DNA of 63,886 nt, the filler included, from Asterionella formosa (Eukaryota): NCBI GenBank assembly GCA_002256025.1. It is 7 parts of 7 records of this genome, joined end to end, with 100 filler letters (N's around TTAATTAATTAA, not from the genome) between each part and the next. Parts side by side here need not be neighbours in the genome. Positions count along the whole stretch, not along the records: positions 60,417 to 62,101 come from NKIB01001499.1; positions 62,202 to 63,886 come from NKIB01001500.1; 5 more parts are not named here. One strand, 5' to 3'. Shown piece by piece: positions 60,417 to 63,886 of the stretch. The notes under the pieces are model-generated. The model made no database searches. It saw nothing but the letters and a program-made list of their open reading frames with translations, and had not been told where the DNA came from. A program made the translations under genes and the position numbers. The first letter of the stretch is position 1; the number at the start of each line of letters is the position of its first letter.

Positions 60417-61741
60417 TCTTCGTTTCTATTATTCTTAGATGCACTGTTACTAGTGCACTCTCTTGCGTAGTGTCCCATGCGTTGGCACTTGAAACACTTG
60501 ATCGTTTTCCTCTTTTCTTTCTGCTCAGGAGTGAGCTCCTTCTTGTCGGCACTATTGCCCTTGCTGCGACATTCAGCCGCCCTGTGGCCATACTTGCCAC
60601 ACTTACGACAGTCACCTTTGAACTTCCCTTTCGTGTAGAAGGCCTGTTCACTCTTGTTCTTGTCAGTCGTTTTGACGTCATCCCGGACATATAGATCGTA
60701 GTAGTCCCGGATGTCTGTCTTAATCTCTTCGACCGTTAGCGTGTTGCGCGCCAGGCCGAACCTTCCTACTACCAAACTCTTGTAGCTTTCAGGTAGGTTG
60801 TTGATCATGTGTGCCACATAGGCACCATCCGAAACGGCGGAGCTCGTATTGCCCAATCGTTCCCGGATTCGATCCAACTCCACATACCAGCTGTCGGGGT
60901 TCTCGTTTTCCCCTAGAGTGCACTTCGTCCATTGGTGGGACAAGGCAATGACATTCGCCATGTTGCCTGACTCATACGTAGAAATGAGCTTGTCCCATGC
61001 TTCTTTAGCATTGCCGTTAGGAAACTCGGCACTTCTTGCATTATTTACGTGTCCGAATGGCCCACTCTGGCATGCCATTATCAGACTTGCGTAAGCAACT
61101 GTGTTGCTCCTTCGGATGCGTCTCTCGTCAGCATCCGACAACACGATCGTATCGCCCTTTAGGTCTTTCTCTCCTCTTGGTAGTTCGTCACCGTTAAGTA
61201 TTCCTTGAAAGTTCTTGTAGCACGCGTATGCGAGAAACTTCGCTTTCCACATGTGCCATTTAGCATCTTGCCCATCGAATGTCGGCAACCTCACTGACGT
61301 GTCTTCGTCACTTCCCATGGTTCCTGAGTAGCCTGTGGCCTTAAAGTGAACGCTTTAAAGCGTGTTGAAAGGTCTCGTACTCCTTCCCGTCTGACGGGTT
61401 CTTCTTACGTAAAACTTACCTGTTATACCACTAGTATTGTTATCTTCTTTCTGCTGCTAGCCTTCGTGCTAGTTTTCGCTATTGACCTTACTCTGTCAAT
61501 TCTCACTGTTTCTTAATTATAAGATTAAACTAAAACTAAGTTTCAATCCCATTCATCACACTTCGAGAACCTGTTCTTCGTGTTCCCTTTTCGTTGATGT
61601 AAACCTTCTTCTGATTGATCTAAGACATCAATCTCGTTAGCAAGCTTCTTGACATGGGAACGCACCATTTGACTCATTGGACTATAGTCGAGTCCACAGT
61701 CCTTGTGACTCATTATAGCCATTGATGCTATATTCTTGACA
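60417..61741 (-). mobile_element. Ty1/copia 5' end: 5' LTR (61363-61741) and open gag from ATG 61318
   Basis: LTR matches 57354-57732 with 3 substitutions seen. Gag has LPTFDG...WKAKFLAY and two CCHC knuckles (CRKCGKYGHRAAEC, CFKCQRMGHYAREC). Confidence 0.95.
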
Positions 61742-62201
61742 CACAGCACCGATAATGATATAACGACAAAACTTGTTGTTGCCGACCACATCATTCCGCG
61801 CTTCGGTGCCACGACAGCACCCGCATTCAAATGGAGTTAACTAATTTGGATATACTTCCGGCAGTTGATTGGTGCTTTAACTGTTACTGTCATGCATAAT
61901 ACAAGATTTCAGCCATAGTAATCTCGCCTCGCCCATGATAGCCTAGTCTTTTCTTTTCAAGTCTTTTGAATTTAGCCCATCAGATAGTATCATTCATGTC
62001 AGCTCGTATCTTCCGTCACGTGATGCTCTTATTAGTTGTTGTGGTACCTCGTGCCAACTCCTTTGCTGGCATCGACGAAGGATCGCTTGGTAGACGACGA
62101 TNNNNNNNNNNNNNNNNNNNNNNNNNNNNNNNNNNNNNNNNNNNNTTAATTAATTAANNNNNNNNNNNNNNNNNNNNNNNNNNNNNNNNNNNNNNNNNNN
62201 N

Positions 62202-63886
62202 CGTACGAGTCAAGTAATATGGCAAATGTGATTGCCTTGTCAGGTCAGTGGACAAAATGCACGATTAACGAGAATGAGAACCCCGACATTTGGTTTGTGG
62301 AGTTGGATAGAATTCGAGAACGATTGAGTCTTACGAGCTCCGCAATTTCGGATGGTGCCTATGTGGCCCATGTTATCAACAACCTACCGGAAGTCTACAA
62401 GAGTTTGGTGGTTGGAAAATTTGGTCTCGCGAACTCCGAGCTCACGATCCAAGAGGTCAAGAAGAATGTATGCGACTATTACGATTTGTATGTGTGTGAC
62501 GAAACCAAGACGAATAAGAATGGCGAGCAGGCCTTCTTTTCAAAAAGCAAGTTCAAGGGAGACTGCAGGAAGTGTGGCAAGTATGGCCACAAGGCAGTTG
62601 ATTGCCGAAGCAAGGGCAATACTACAGAAAAGAGAGAATTAACTCCCGAGCAACGAAATAAGAGAAAGAATGTGAAGTGTTATAATTGCCAGAAGATGGA
62701 GCACTATGCCAGTGAGTGCAACAATCAACAAAATGCACCAATCAAACAGAAGGGAGAAGACGCCAACACTACTACGCAAGGAATGTTCGTGGTGACGTGT
62801 ATTGAGGCAAGGTACCTGGTACAACGAAGAGGTAAATTATACGTGCGTGCATAAGGACCGTTGGCTACTAGATAGTGGCGCTACGGTACATATATGCAAT
62901 GATGAGCGCATCATGGAGGACAAGTGCGCAGTGCATGCAACTGTTCTTGTGGGAAACGGCGCAGCAACTGTTGCGACCGTATCAGGCACAGTGACCCTTA
63001 CGACGACAGACAAAGGAAAAGTGTTGAAACTCACCAATGTGCTCTATGCACCGGAGTTCAAGCAGAACATTATCAGCATTTCGAGAATTATTGACAAGGG
63101 AAATCAAGTTATGTTTGACGATGATAAGATGACAATCATAAACAACAACGGATTTTTGATCTGTAAATGTGATGAAACGAGGACAATTGGTGCAATGTAC
63201 CATGTGCAAGGAACGCCTATTCTAAAGGAAACGGTGTTGGAGGTTGAACAAGAAAGCGAGAAGCCAACACAACAATCTATCGACTATGATACTAAAGAAG
63301 ACGAGAATGAATGGACGAAAGTTAACGATAAGAAGAAAACGACGAAAGCGATAGATGAAACGATCGAGAAAAGAAACGCGAACGAAAATAATGATGTGAT
63401 TGTGGAAATAAATGAAGCGCATGAAATGCTTGGACATGTGGGGGAAAAATGTCTTCGTGAGACATTGAAATTATTTGGGTGGAAACTTGTTGGAAATTTA
63501 AAGGTGTGCGCAGGATGTGCAGCAGCCAAGGCGAAAGCACGCGCAGTACCCAAGATGACGCAAGAGAAGGCTAAGACACCGGGAGAAAGACTGTTTATTG
63601 ATATTAGCGGACCCTACGCAAAATCCGCTGTGGGAAATCAGTATTGGGTGATGGCCGTGGACGATTATACAAGGAAACGCTGGAGTTATTTTATTAAGAA
63701 GAAAAGTGACATCGGAATTGTCATTGGAGCGTTACTCACAAAACTTGCAGGTGCGGGACATAAGACTAAGTTTGTCCGATGTGATGACGCAGGTGAGAAC
63801 TCCAAGCAACTAAAGAAAGTATGCGAAAACCAAGGTGTCAAGATGGAATTTACGGCACCTCATACTCCGCAGCACAACGGTGTTGT
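62202..63886 (+). mobile_element. Ty1/copia gag-protease-integrase fragment, frameshifted by a 7-bp insert
   Basis: Gag similar to the 61318 gag (MANVIALSxQWTKCT); protease WLLDSGATVH; HHCC motif HEMLGH...CAGC; integrase core FIDISGP, VDDYTR, RCDDAGE and TPQHNG. Runs off the window. Confidence 0.95.

Noticed and set aside
57354..61741. One complete copia element with a LINE nested between its two LTRs
   Set aside because: The pieces lie on separate contigs joined by artificial spacers, and the outer flanks (cctgg vs cacag) do not form a target-site duplication.
61996..62101. Possible signal-peptide-bearing gene start at the contig end (similarly 27230-27433)
   Set aside because: Too short before the spacer to support a call.

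Overview
Eukaryotic nuclear DNA, most likely from a diatom: it has frustulin-type C-E/N-G-D-C-D domains, short GT-AG introns of 74-89 nt and Ty1/copia elements. The window is a concatenation of seven pieces (1-27433, 27534-54958 and five 1685-1686 bp contigs) joined by 100-nt N spacers carrying TTAATTAATTAA, so adjacency across spacers is not biological. The two large pieces carry a GT23-like fucosyltransferase, VPS2/CHMP2, a class C GPCR-like gene, a truncated frustulin-like gene, a STRA6-like membrane protein, a very long anoctamin, ubiquitin-S27a, ATP23, a WD40 protein, a GT8 glycosyltransferase, WEE1, a PhyH/beta-propeller fusion, NUP58, HUS1 and an EB_dh/DOMON-like protein. They also hold gene fragments (CSN2, importin-alpha-like), several MITEs and a ~197-bp tandem repeat. 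The small contigs are copia and LINE fragments. The most striking signal is pervasive short inserts flanked by duplicated TA (TA-CCGG-TA, TA-CCWGG-TA, TA-CCAG/CTGG-TA). They stack into arrays upstream of genes, and at four loci removing them restores a plausible ancestral sequence, which suggests heavy repeated insertion/excision scarring at TA sites. A second signal is that two copia 5' LTRs are followed by a palindrome instead of a tRNA-type primer binding site. All family calls come from motif recognition by eye; no searches were run.
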